Source: Alphaproteobacteria bacterium
GTDB taxonomy: Bacteria; Pseudomonadota; Alphaproteobacteria; CAAGCB01; CAG-977
Assembly: GCA_900768845.1 (NCBI GenBank)
Contig: CAAGEK010000024.1
Span: forward strand, 3,001 to 67,000
Direction of reading: 5' to 3'
Length of the DNA stretch: 64,000 bases
The notes beneath the pieces were generated by a model. That model made no database searches, had not been told where the DNA came from, and saw only the letters and a list, made by a program, of their open reading frames with translations. The translations under genes were made by a program, and so were the position numbers. This document shows positions 27,427 to 35,622 of this stretch, one piece after another. The stretch's first letter is position 1. Each line of letters starts with the position of its first letter.

Positions 27427-29283
27427 ATGAAAGCCGTTCCCATGAAAGAAAATACAAGCAAAGATCCGGCGTTGCAAATTTTGCGGGACGTTTTCGGCTA
27501 TCAGGAATTCAGAGGTTTGCAACGCACCGTCATCAACCGCGTTCTTGAGCGGAAAAACACTCTGGTTTTAATGCCGACCGGAGGGGGGAAGTCGCTGTGT
27601 TATCAGATTCCCGCGCTATGTATGAACGGCGTCGCCGTCGTGGTTTCGCCCCTGATCGCATTGATGCAGGATCAGGTCGCGGGATTGAAACAATCGGGGA
27701 TTCGGGCGGAAACGCTTAATTCGTCTTCGTCTGATGTTTCAAAGGTTTATGCCGCGCTTGAACGGGGAACGATCGATTTGCTGTATGTTTCTCCGGAACG
27801 TTTGTTGCGGGAGGATTTTCTGGCGTTTTTAAAAAAGGTCGGCGTGTCTCTTTTTGCAATTGACGAAGCGCACTGCATTTCCCGATGGGGGCATGACTTC
27901 CGTCCCGTTTACACGCGTTTGTCCGTTTTGGGGACGCTGTTCGCCGGCGTTCCCCGTCTGGCTTTGACGGCGACGGCCGATGAAACGACGCGGCGCGACA
28001 TTTTAAAGCAACTGGACATGGAAAACGCCGAAACGTTCGTTTCAAGCTTCAACCGTCCGAACATCCGTTATGCGGCGGTGTTGCGCGAAAACGAAAAAGC
28101 CCAGATCCTTTCCTTTTTGAAAAACGGGCACGCCGGAGAATCGGGAATCATCTACTGCGCGACCAGAAACGCCGTCGAGGACAACGCCCGCTTTTTAAAG
28201 GAAAACGGTTTTGAAGTTTTTTCCTATCACGCCGGATTGACTTCCGAAGTTCGGGAGAAAAATCAGGACGCTTTCATCAAAAGCGACGCGGCGGTCATGG
28301 TGGCGACAATCGCTTTCGGCATGGGAATCAACAAACCCGACGTCCGCTATGTCGTACACACAAGCCTGCCGAAAGACATCGAATCGTATTATCAGGAAAC
28401 GGGGCGTGCGGGACGCGACGGTTTGCCGGCCGAAGCTTTGCTGATTTACGGGGCGAAGGATTTGATTTTGCAACGCGGTTTCATAGAGGCTTCGGACGCT
28501 TCGCCCGAACAAAAGGGCATAGAGCGTAAAAAGCTGGACGCCGTCGTCGGATATGCGGAAACGGCAGGGTGCAGACGGCGTGTATTGCTGGAATATTTCG
28601 GCGAAACCGCAGAGGAAAAATGCGACAACTGCGACAATTGCAATTTCCCGCCGGACGTTTATGACGCTCGAAACGATATGTTGAAACTGTTGTCATGCAT
28701 TTACAGGATTAAAGCCAAATCCGGAAAAGCCTCTTTCGGAACGGAGCATACGATTGACGTTTTGACGGGCAAAAAAACGGAAAAAGCCCTGAAGTTCGGG
28801 CATGAAACGCTTTCCACGTTCGGAATCGGCGCAAACGTCCCCCGTCGCGTCTGGAAAGCGTTGGTACGTCAGGCGTTGATTGCCGGATTCGTTAAAATCG
28901 AAACGGATTATTCCGGATTGGAGCTGACGGAGGCGGCTTTCGCCTTTTTCAAAAAAACTTATGCCGTGAACGTCCGCAAAGACGCGACGTCCCGTTTGAA
29001 AAAAACGCCGTCGCCCGTCCGCGCCTCGCCGGAAACTCAAAACGATCGGGAACTGACGGCCGCTTTGAAAAAATTGAGGCTTTCCTTGGCAAGGGCGGAA
29101 AATCTGCCGGCTTATTACATCTTTTCCGACAAATCCCTGACGGACATGGCGGATAAAAAGCCTGTCACAAAAGCCGAATTTGCAGAAGTGTACGGCGTCG
29201 GCAGGAACAAGCTGGAAAAGTATGCCGATGCCTTTGTGGAAGTCGTCAAAGCGTATGCGGACAAAACATCCTGTCCGAAATAA
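27427..29283 (+). CDS. recQ: ATP-dependent DNA helicase RecQ
   Basis: 618 aa. Helicase motifs (LVLMPTGGGKSLCYQIPA, DEAHCISRWGHDFRP), the RecQ Zn-binding 4-Cys (CRRRVLLEYFGE...CDNCDNC), and winged-helix and HRDC regions. Confidence 0.9.
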   Translation: MKAVPMKENTSKDPALQILRDVFGYQEFRGLQRTVINRVLERKNTLVLMPTGGGKSLCYQIPALCMNGVAVVVSPLIALMQDQVAGLKQSGIRAETLNSSSSDVSKVYAALERGTIDLLYVSPERLLREDFLAFLKKVGVSLFAIDEAHCISRWGHDFRPVYTRLSVLGTLFAGVPRLALTATADETTRRDILKQLDMENAETFVSSFNRPNIRYAAVLRENEKAQILSFLKNGHAGESGIIYCATRNAVEDNARFLKENGFEVFSYHAGLTSEVREKNQDAFIKSDAAVMVATIAFGMGINKPDVRYVVHTSLPKDIESYYQETGRAGRDGLPAEALLIYGAKDLILQRGFIEASDASPEQKGIERKKLDAVVGYAETAGCRRRVLLEYFGETAEEKCDNCDNCNFPPDVYDARNDMLKLLSCIYRIKAKSGKASFGTEHTIDVLTGKKTEKALKFGHETLSTFGIGANVPRRVWKALVRQALIAGFVKIETDYSGLELTEAAFAFFKKTYAVNVRKDATSRLKKTPSPVRASPETQNDRELTAALKKLRLSLARAENLPAYYIFSDKSLTDMADKKPVTKAEFAEVYGVGRNKLEKYADAFVEVVKAYADKTSCPK

Positions 29284-29320
29284 AAGACAAAAAACGAAAT
29301 TTTTTGTCAAAAAAGCTTGA

Positions 29321-29355
29321 TTTTTCCGCTTTACCGGTGATATAAAAGAAGACAG
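29321..29355 (+). promoter_or_regulatory. Candidate sigma70 promoter for the downstream secreted-protein gene
   Basis: TTGATT-N17-ATATAA upstream of the ribosome-binding site and ATG at 29383. Confidence 0.3.
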
Positions 29356-29382
29356 AGGAAAACTTTTGAAGGGAAGTTCGTT

Positions 29383-30177
29383 ATGTCTGCTTGGTTCAAT
29401 AAAAAGTTTTTGGCGGTAATGGCGGCTGCGAGTATCGCAGGCGCGGCGAATGCACAGTCGAACGGTACGATTTTGCCGACCCTGCCCGGTTGGGAGGATA
29501 CCGAAGTCGTCGCGGGGGCGCGTCAGGAATCGCAACAGTCCGCCCGTCAGGGACAGCAGGCGAAGCAAGGCCAAAAGGAAGTCGTGCTGGTCTTGTGCAG
29601 GGATGCGAACGGCGAACTGGTCTATAGAATGAAAGAAGTCGATTCGTCTTCGCTGACTCCGGTTCAGAATGTCGAGCAGTCGCGCAGAACCCAGAACGGC
29701 GGATCTCAGTACGCTTCGTCGCAAAACGAGGGTTACACGGACATCTACAATTACGACGGCGGTCGCGGTCATGGCGTATCCGTGACGCACGGCGACGGTT
29801 CGCGCACGACGGTTGAGCGTTCAAACGGCAAAACGTCCGTAACGCGCAACCCGCGTCAGGGCGGATATGTCAAGGTCGGTTCCGACGGTCATTATTCCTA
29901 TGATGTGGGCGTTTCCAACCCCGACAAAAAAGTCGGAGTCGTTACGACCTCCCGCAATAACAGCGGAAACACCGTAACGGGCGTCAATACGGGCAACGGC
30001 GGTCGTGTCACCGTTTTGACCGGTAACGGAGGCGTCACAATCCGTTCTTACAATCCCGAAACCGGAACGTCCGAAGTTTCCGTCGGGAAAAACGGCGTCC
30101 GTTCTTCCGGCAGAACCCGCATCAAGGGCGATATCGTCGGCGGTTTGATTAATATGCTCGGCGGCAGAGGCCACTGA
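29383..30177 (+). CDS. Secreted Gly/Ser/Thr-rich hypothetical protein
   Basis: 264 aa. Signal peptide MSAWFNKKFLAVMAAASIAGAANAQS. A repetitive G/N/T/V-rich mature part. Followed by a strong terminator. Confidence 0.6.
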   Translation: MSAWFNKKFLAVMAAASIAGAANAQSNGTILPTLPGWEDTEVVAGARQESQQSARQGQQAKQGQKEVVLVLCRDANGELVYRMKEVDSSSLTPVQNVEQSRRTQNGGSQYASSQNEGYTDIYNYDGGRGHGVSVTHGDGSRTTVERSNGKTSVTRNPRQGGYVKVGSDGHYSYDVGVSNPDKKVGVVTTSRNNSGNTVTGVNTGNGGRVTVLTGNGGVTIRSYNPETGTSEVSVGKNGVRSSGRTRIKGDIVGGLINMLGGRGH

Positions 30178-30195
30178 TAAAAAAACGGAAATTAA

Positions 30196-30229
30196 AAAAG
30201 CCTCCGGTTTCCGGAGGCTTTTCGGTTTT
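30196..30229 (+). terminator. Rho-independent terminator
   Basis: AAGCCTCCGGTTTCCGGAGGCTT hairpin followed by TTCGGTTTT. Confidence 0.6.
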
Positions 30230-30374
30230 CCGGAAAAGCGTGCGGGAAGTCTTTTTCGCAAATCTTCGCGGGTGTTCAAATCTTTTTTTGTTTTCCGGAA
30301 AAATATGCCGGACGTGTTTCGTTCGTGCTTGTTGCAAAAAGTGTTGACGGGCGGAGTGTTCCGGACGTACCGGA

Positions 30375-30863
30375 TTGAAAAATATGAAAAAGGATGCCGA
30401 CGATATGTTTTTACGCCCTTATGAAACAAAAGATTGCCCGAGTATGATTGATTTGTTCCGTAACACCGTTTATTCCGTAAATGCCAAAGATTATACGCGG
30501 GATCAATTGGACGTTTGGGCGGAAGGCGTCAATGCGGCGGATTGGAATCGATCCTTTTTGAACCGTTATTCGTTGGTTGCCGTCGAAAACGGAATGATTG
30601 CGGGTTTCGGCGATATCGACCTTTCGACCGGATACTTGGACAGACTTTACGTTCACAAGGATTTTCAATCCAAAGGCGTCGCGACGGCTTTGTGCGATGC
30701 TTTGGAATCGGCTGTAAACGGACGGGTTTTTGTTCATTCCTCTATTACCGCCAAGCCTTTTTTTGAAAAACGGGGCTATAAAACCGTTAAGAAACAAGCT
30801 GTTGAAAGAAAAGGCCTGTTTTTGACCAATTATGTCATGGAAAAAAACACCGGAAACGTATGA
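30375..30863 (+). CDS. GNAT-family N-acetyltransferase
   Basis: 162 aa (possibly starting at the internal ATG 30405). An acetyl-CoA-binding motif region (YVHKDFQSKGVATALCDALE). Confidence 0.7.
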   Translation: MKNMKKDADDMFLRPYETKDCPSMIDLFRNTVYSVNAKDYTRDQLDVWAEGVNAADWNRSFLNRYSLVAVENGMIAGFGDIDLSTGYLDRLYVHKDFQSKGVATALCDALESAVNGRVFVHSSITAKPFFEKRGYKTVKKQAVERKGLFLTNYVMEKNTGNV

Positions 30864-30966
30864 TTCGCCGTTTTTTAAAAAAAGGCCGGCAAAACGTTTT
30901 TCAAAACGGAAAATTTCAAATAAAATCCGGAAAAGAGGGCGTCTTTGAATAATAAATGAGGGCTGT

Positions 30967-32049
30967 ATGAAAATGTTCGGGGTCGGGATTTTAATCGTTG
31001 CCGTTTTCGTTTTCGCTTTTCTTCATTCCGAAAAATTCGGCCGTCTGCCGCATGGAGAAGAATTGAAAAGGATTGAAAAATCCCCGAATTACAAAAACGG
31101 ACGGTTTCAAAATCTTGAACCCACTCGCAAAATGACGGGCGAAGGCGGTTTTTTCACCGTTATGGCGGATTATTTTTTCGGCAAACACCCGAATACGAAA
31201 CCCGTGCAAAAAATACCGTCGGTGAAAACGGATTTGCGCAATCCGGATGAAAACGAAGATTTTTTAATCTGGTTCGGACATTCTTCATATTTCATACAAG
31301 CGGGAGGCGTCCGGTTTTTAATAGATCTGGTGTTCAGCGAAACGGCTTCGCCCGTTCCGTTTAACGTTGTCGCCTTTGACGGTGCGGATATTTACGGTGC
31401 GGACGATATGCCTGCGGTCGATTATGTGATTATTACGCACGATCATTGGGATCATCTGGATTATCCGACGATGAAGGCTTTAAAGGACAAAGCGGGAAAA
31501 ATCGTGACGGGGCTGGGAGTCGGTTCTCATTTGCGCCGTTGGGGGTTTAAGGATGAACGGATTGCGGAACTTGATTGGTTCGATACGTTTTCTGAAAACG
31601 GCGTCGAGATTCACTGCTTGCCGGCGCGCCATTTCTCCGGCAGGGGGTTGAGTGAGAACAAAACGCTGTGGTCGTCATTTCTGTTGAAATTTCCGGACTT
31701 CAAGCTTTATGCCGGCGGGGATTCGGGATACGGAAAGCACTATGAAGCAATCGGCAGGCGTTTCGGCGGAATCGATTTGGCGTTGTTGGACAGCGGCCAG
31801 TACGATAAGAACTGGCGGGAAATTCATGAAACCCCCGAACAGGTCGTTCAAGCGGCGCACGACTTGAAAACGGCGGCTTTGTTCGCCGGACACAATTCAA
31901 AGTTCACAATTTCAAACCATCCGTGGAACGAACCGATGGAGCGGGTGTCTTCCGTCGCGGAAAAGGAGGAAATCAGATTGCTGACGCCGAAAATCGGGGA
32001 AAAGGTGTTTTTGAAAAAAAGCGGACAGACGTTTGAAAAATGGTGGTGA
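30967..32049 (+). CDS. MBL-fold metallo-hydrolase with an N-terminal membrane anchor (NAPE-PLD-like)
   Basis: 360 aa. N-terminal hydrophobic helix. The metallo-beta-lactamase motif ITHDHWDHLD and downstream His/Asp ligands. Confidence 0.8.
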   Translation: MKMFGVGILIVAVFVFAFLHSEKFGRLPHGEELKRIEKSPNYKNGRFQNLEPTRKMTGEGGFFTVMADYFFGKHPNTKPVQKIPSVKTDLRNPDENEDFLIWFGHSSYFIQAGGVRFLIDLVFSETASPVPFNVVAFDGADIYGADDMPAVDYVIITHDHWDHLDYPTMKALKDKAGKIVTGLGVGSHLRRWGFKDERIAELDWFDTFSENGVEIHCLPARHFSGRGLSENKTLWSSFLLKFPDFKLYAGGDSGYGKHYEAIGRRFGGIDLALLDSGQYDKNWREIHETPEQVVQAAHDLKTAALFAGHNSKFTISNHPWNEPMERVSSVAEKEEIRLLTPKIGEKVFLKKSGQTFEKWW

Positions 32050-32199
32050 CGCTTTAGTTCTTCCCGTGCTTTACGGATTTTTTGACAAACCGGCCCGTTT
32101 CGGACGCGTTTGAAAAAATCGGCGGCTTTCCTTTCGTACCGGCTTTTCCTTTTCCCGCCGTTTCCAACCGCGGCGGCGGGCGTTTTTACGGCGAAACGC

Positions 32200-33618
32200 T
32201 TAACGTCCGCCGACGGTGATTTTGGAAATGCGAACGGAAGGCTGGCCTACGCCGACGGGGACGCTTTGGCCGCCTTTGCCGCAAGTGCCGACGCCGTTGT
32301 CCAAACATCCGTCGTCACCGATCATGTCGATGGCGTTCATAACATCCGTACCGTTCCCGATGAGAGTGGCGTCTTTGACGGGAACCGTGATTTTTCCGTT
32401 TTCGATCATATAGGCTTCCGAGGACGTAAAAACGAATTTTCCCGATGTGATGTCGACTTGCCCCCCGTGAAAACCGACGGCGTAAACGCCTTTTTTCACC
32501 GATGCGATCAGCTCGTCCTTTTTCTTGTCGCCGTTCGTCATAAAGGTGTTGGTCATACGGACCAGAGGCACGGATGCAAAAGATTCACGCCGTCCGTTGC
32601 CGGTCGGTTCGGAGTTTGTCAGGCGGGCGTTCATCCTGTCTTGCATATAGCGTTTCAGAATGCCGTCTTCGATTAAAACGGTGCGTCGGGAAGGGGTTCC
32701 TTCGTCGTCTACCGTGATTGATCCGCGCAAGTCCGGCAAAGTGCCGTCGTCAATGACGGTGACGCCTTTCGCCGTAACCTGTTGCCCGATTTTTCCGGTA
32801 AAGACCGAAGAGCCTTTGCGGTTGAAATCGCCTTCCAGCCCGTGCCCGACGGCTTCGTGCAACAAAACGCCGCACCACCCCGAACCTAAAACGACGGGCA
32901 TTTCTCCGGCGGGGGCGGAAACCGATTCCAAATTGACCGTAGCGATGCGCAAAGCTTCGTTTACTGCGGATTTCCAAGTGTCTTCACGAAAAAAGACGTC
33001 ATACGGGAAACGGCCGCCCGACCCGAACGATCCGCTTTCCATCCGGTCTTTGCTTTTTGCCACGACGCTGACGTTCAAACGCACCAAGGGACGGATATCC
33101 GCCGCTTCGCGTCCGTCGGCTCCGATAATGCGCACGGCCTGCCATTGGCCGCTTAACGAAGCGGAAACCTGTACGACACGCGGATCTTTCGCACGGGCGT
33201 ACGCGTCGATTTTCCCCATCAATGCGACTTTGTCCTCAAAGGGAATCGAAAGCAACGGATTGGCGTCCGTGTAAAGCGGTTCGGCCTGTTTCATATCCGG
33301 CATATAAAGCGGGGAGGAGGCCGTCCTTATCGGCCGGACGTTTTGCGCCGCATTTTTCAAGGCCGCATCGGATATTTCGTTCGACAGGGCGTAGGCATAG
33401 GCTTCCCCGCTGACGGCGCGCAGTCCGAATCCCGATGAAGCGTTGTATCCGGCACTTTTAATCCGGCCGTCGTCCAAAGCAAGATGTTCGGAACAGGCGT
33501 ATTCCAAAAACAGTTCGCCGTCGTCGCACCCTTCCAACGCCGAGCGGACGGTTTTTTTCGCCGCGTCGTAATCCAAAGCCGAGAAAAACAACCCGTCCGT
33601 TTTGTGCATAGCTGTCAT
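32200..33618 (-). CDS. tldD: Metalloprotease TldD (PmbA/TldD family)
   Basis: 472 aa with full-length similarity to TldD (HEAVGHGLEGD region, C-terminal GxC...GGQSVP motifs). Confidence 0.9.
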   Translation of the reverse strand: MTAMHKTDGLFFSALDYDAAKKTVRSALEGCDDGELFLEYACSEHLALDDGRIKSAGYNASSGFGLRAVSGEAYAYALSNEISDAALKNAAQNVRPIRTASSPLYMPDMKQAEPLYTDANPLLSIPFEDKVALMGKIDAYARAKDPRVVQVSASLSGQWQAVRIIGADGREAADIRPLVRLNVSVVAKSKDRMESGSFGSGGRFPYDVFFREDTWKSAVNEALRIATVNLESVSAPAGEMPVVLGSGWCGVLLHEAVGHGLEGDFNRKGSSVFTGKIGQQVTAKGVTVIDDGTLPDLRGSITVDDEGTPSRRTVLIEDGILKRYMQDRMNARLTNSEPTGNGRRESFASVPLVRMTNTFMTNGDKKKDELIASVKKGVYAVGFHGGQVDITSGKFVFTSSEAYMIENGKITVPVKDATLIGNGTDVMNAIDMIGDDGCLDNGVGTCGKGGQSVPVGVGQPSVRISKITVGGR

Positions 33619-33736
33619 CGTAGAGCATCCTTTGTGAATTCGGTGTTAAAAAGGCAGGCTTGAAAGGCTTTTTCGCAAACTTTGAAAACGGGGTTTCCTT
33701 AAACGCCCGACAAGCGAATCGGAACATCCGCCGCGA

Positions 33737-33943
33737 TCAGGCGATAATGTCGGGAAGCAAGCTGTTTTCCAATGCGGAAATTTCATCTTTGAGAGCCAGT
33801 TTGCGTTTTTTCAAACGCTGAACGCGAATCTGGTCGAATCCCGCTTGGGAAATCAGGGATTCTATTTCGGAATCCAGCTTTTGATGCTCGGTTTTCAGCG
33901 AATTCAGTCTGGCTTCGATTTTTTGATGATTGAGAGATTCCAT
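33737..33943 (-). CDS. DUF465 (YdcH-like) small protein
   Basis: 68 aa with the typical ...RLKKRKLALKDEI... pattern. Confidence 0.65.
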   Translation of the reverse strand: MESLNHQKIEARLNSLKTEHQKLDSEIESLISQAGFDQIRVQRLKKRKLALKDEISALENSLLPDIIA

Positions 33944-34057
33944 AGTGTTTTTACGCTTGCGAAAGAAAAAAATAACCTCAATGTCATTTTAGACTAGCAG
34001 AAACGAACGAAAAAATGTATGGATTTCAGTGAAAAAAATTCATAAGGAGTTTCGACA

Positions 34058-35146
34058 ATGGCGCAAATCAAGCGTATCGGTGTTTTAACAAGCGGCGGCG
34101 ACTGTGCGGGCTTAAATGCGGTTATCCGTGCTGTCGTTCACCGTGCTATCTGGACGTATGGCTGGGAAGTGTACGGCATTTTGGACGGAACGGACGGTTT
34201 GACCTTCCGCCCGTTGCGTTACCGCAAAATGTCGATTGCGGATTTCCATACGCCTTATGCCCGTTTGGGCGGAACGATGTTGGGCACGATTAACAAAGGC
34301 AGCCCCTTCGCTTATCCGATGCCGGACGGTACGACGAAAGACCTGACCGAAGATTTCGGTGCGGGTTGCCGTGAATTGGGATTGGACGCTTTGGCCGTCA
34401 TCGGCGGCGACGGTTCCATGTCCATCGTCAGCCGGCTGTGCCGCGGTGCGGGCATTCCGATGGTCGGCATTCCCAAAACGATCGACAACGATACGCCGAT
34501 CACCGAACATTCCGTCGGTTTCTCGACCGCTCGCGACGTTTGTGTCGAAGCTTTGGATCGTTTGGACGCTACGGCGGCCAGCCATCACCGCGTTATGATT
34601 TTGGAAGTCATGGGACGCGACGCCGGACACATCGCTTTGCATTCCGCGATTGCCGGCGGGGCTGACGTTTGCCTGATTCCCGAAGTTCCCTATACTTTGG
34701 AAGGCGTCGTCCGCAAGTTGCATCTGGTTCGCGAACAGGGACGCGACCACGCGTTGATCGTCGTCGCGGAAGGCGTGAAAACGCCTGACGGAAACAATAT
34801 CACCGTTGATCAGGTTGACGGAACGCGTTACGGCGGTATCGGCCATTACCTGAGCGTCAAGCTCAATGAAATCGATCCGCGCTTTTCGACTCGCGTTACC
34901 GTGCTGGGTCATGTCCAGCGCGGCGGCGTTCCCGCGGCTCACGACCGTTTGGCGGCGTCGGCTTTCGGCGTTCATGCCGTCGACGTTTTGGCTCAGGGTA
35001 AAACGGATCGTATGGTCGCGTGGAAAGACGGCACGATTTCCGACGTCGGTTTGGACGAAGTCGTTGCGGTCGGTTCCGCTCCGGTCGATCCGAACGGTAT
35101 GCTGGTTAAAACCGCACGCGGTTTGGGTATGTATATCGGCGAGTAA
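34058..35146 (+). CDS. pfkA: 6-phosphofructokinase (PFK-A family; ATP vs PPi dependence not resolvable here)
   Basis: 362 aa. KRIGVLTSGGDCAGLNAVIRAV, GGDGSMS and PKTIDNDT catalytic motifs. Confidence 0.88.
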   Translation: MAQIKRIGVLTSGGDCAGLNAVIRAVVHRAIWTYGWEVYGILDGTDGLTFRPLRYRKMSIADFHTPYARLGGTMLGTINKGSPFAYPMPDGTTKDLTEDFGAGCRELGLDALAVIGGDGSMSIVSRLCRGAGIPMVGIPKTIDNDTPITEHSVGFSTARDVCVEALDRLDATAASHHRVMILEVMGRDAGHIALHSAIAGGADVCLIPEVPYTLEGVVRKLHLVREQGRDHALIVVAEGVKTPDGNNITVDQVDGTRYGGIGHYLSVKLNEIDPRFSTRVTVLGHVQRGGVPAAHDRLAASAFGVHAVDVLAQGKTDRMVAWKDGTISDVGLDEVVAVGSAPVDPNGMLVKTARGLGMYIGE

Positions 35147-35164
35147 TTAAATATTTGATTTAAA

Positions 35165-35197
35165 AACGGAAAGAAGGGATTCTTTCCGTTTTTTTAT
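35165..35197 (+). terminator. Rho-independent terminator downstream of pfk
   Basis: CGGAAAGAAGGGATTCTTTCCG hairpin plus a T7 run. Confidence 0.55.
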
Positions 35198-35204
35198 TGC
35201 AAAG

Positions 35205-35245
35205 AGTCCTTTTAAAAATTTTTTAAAAAGGATATAATCAGTTTC
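35205..35245 (+). promoter_or_regulatory. AT-rich near-perfect palindrome overlapping a TATAAT -10 box
   Basis: TCCTTTTAAAAATTTTTTAAAAAGGA followed by GATATAAT. Candidate promoter/operator for the small DUF465 gene at 35281. Confidence 0.35.
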
Positions 35246-35280
35246 ATGTTACAGGATGCGTCTGAATAAGGAGGACTTTA

Positions 35281-35460
35281 ATGACGAGCAGTGAAAACAA
35301 CCATATTCAAGCATTAAAAGCAAAACACGCCGCTTTGGATGTCGCGATTAACGAAGAGCTTGCCAGACCGCTTCCCGACGAGGCCGTCCTTGCGAATCTG
35401 AAGCGTCAGAAGTTGAAGCTGAAGGAAGAAATCGAAATGAAGTCGGGAACGGCTGAATAA
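35281..35460 (+). CDS. DUF465 (YdcH-like) small protein, second paralog
   Basis: 59 aa (below the ORF-track cutoff): MTSSENNHIQALKAKHAALDVAINEELARPLPDEAVLANLKRQKLKLKEEIEMKSGTAE. An AAGGAGG ribosome-binding site 7 nt upstream and a terminator hairpin downstream. Confidence 0.5.
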   Translation: MTSSENNHIQALKAKHAALDVAINEELARPLPDEAVLANLKRQKLKLKEEIEMKSGTAE

Positions 35461-35481
35461 TTTTCGACGGATTTGGATTTG

Positions 35482-35514
35482 ACGCCGCTCTCTTTCACGG
35501 GCGGCGTTTTTTTA
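35482..35514 (+). terminator. Rho-independent terminator
   Basis: ACGCCGC...GCGGCGT stem followed by a T7 run. Confidence 0.45.
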
Positions 35515-35603
35515 TCTGTTCCGCTTGCGGAATACGCGGATGCTTTATACAAAAACAATAGACAAAAATCATAAAACCGCTTATCCTTGAAAGCAAGAAA
35601 TCA

Positions 35604-35609
35604 TAGGGG
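35604..35609 (+). repeat. G6 homopolymer within the ribosome-binding site of the 789-aa paralog gene
   Basis: CATAGGGGGGCGCGAAGAAAATATG: the Shine-Dalgarno-like element is itself a G6 run, 13 nt before ATG 35623. Confidence 0.45.
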
Positions 35610-35622
35610 GCGCGAAGAAAAT

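Noticed and set aside
34112-34975. 287-aa minus-strand ORF
   Set aside because: Antisense to the 6-phosphofructokinase gene.
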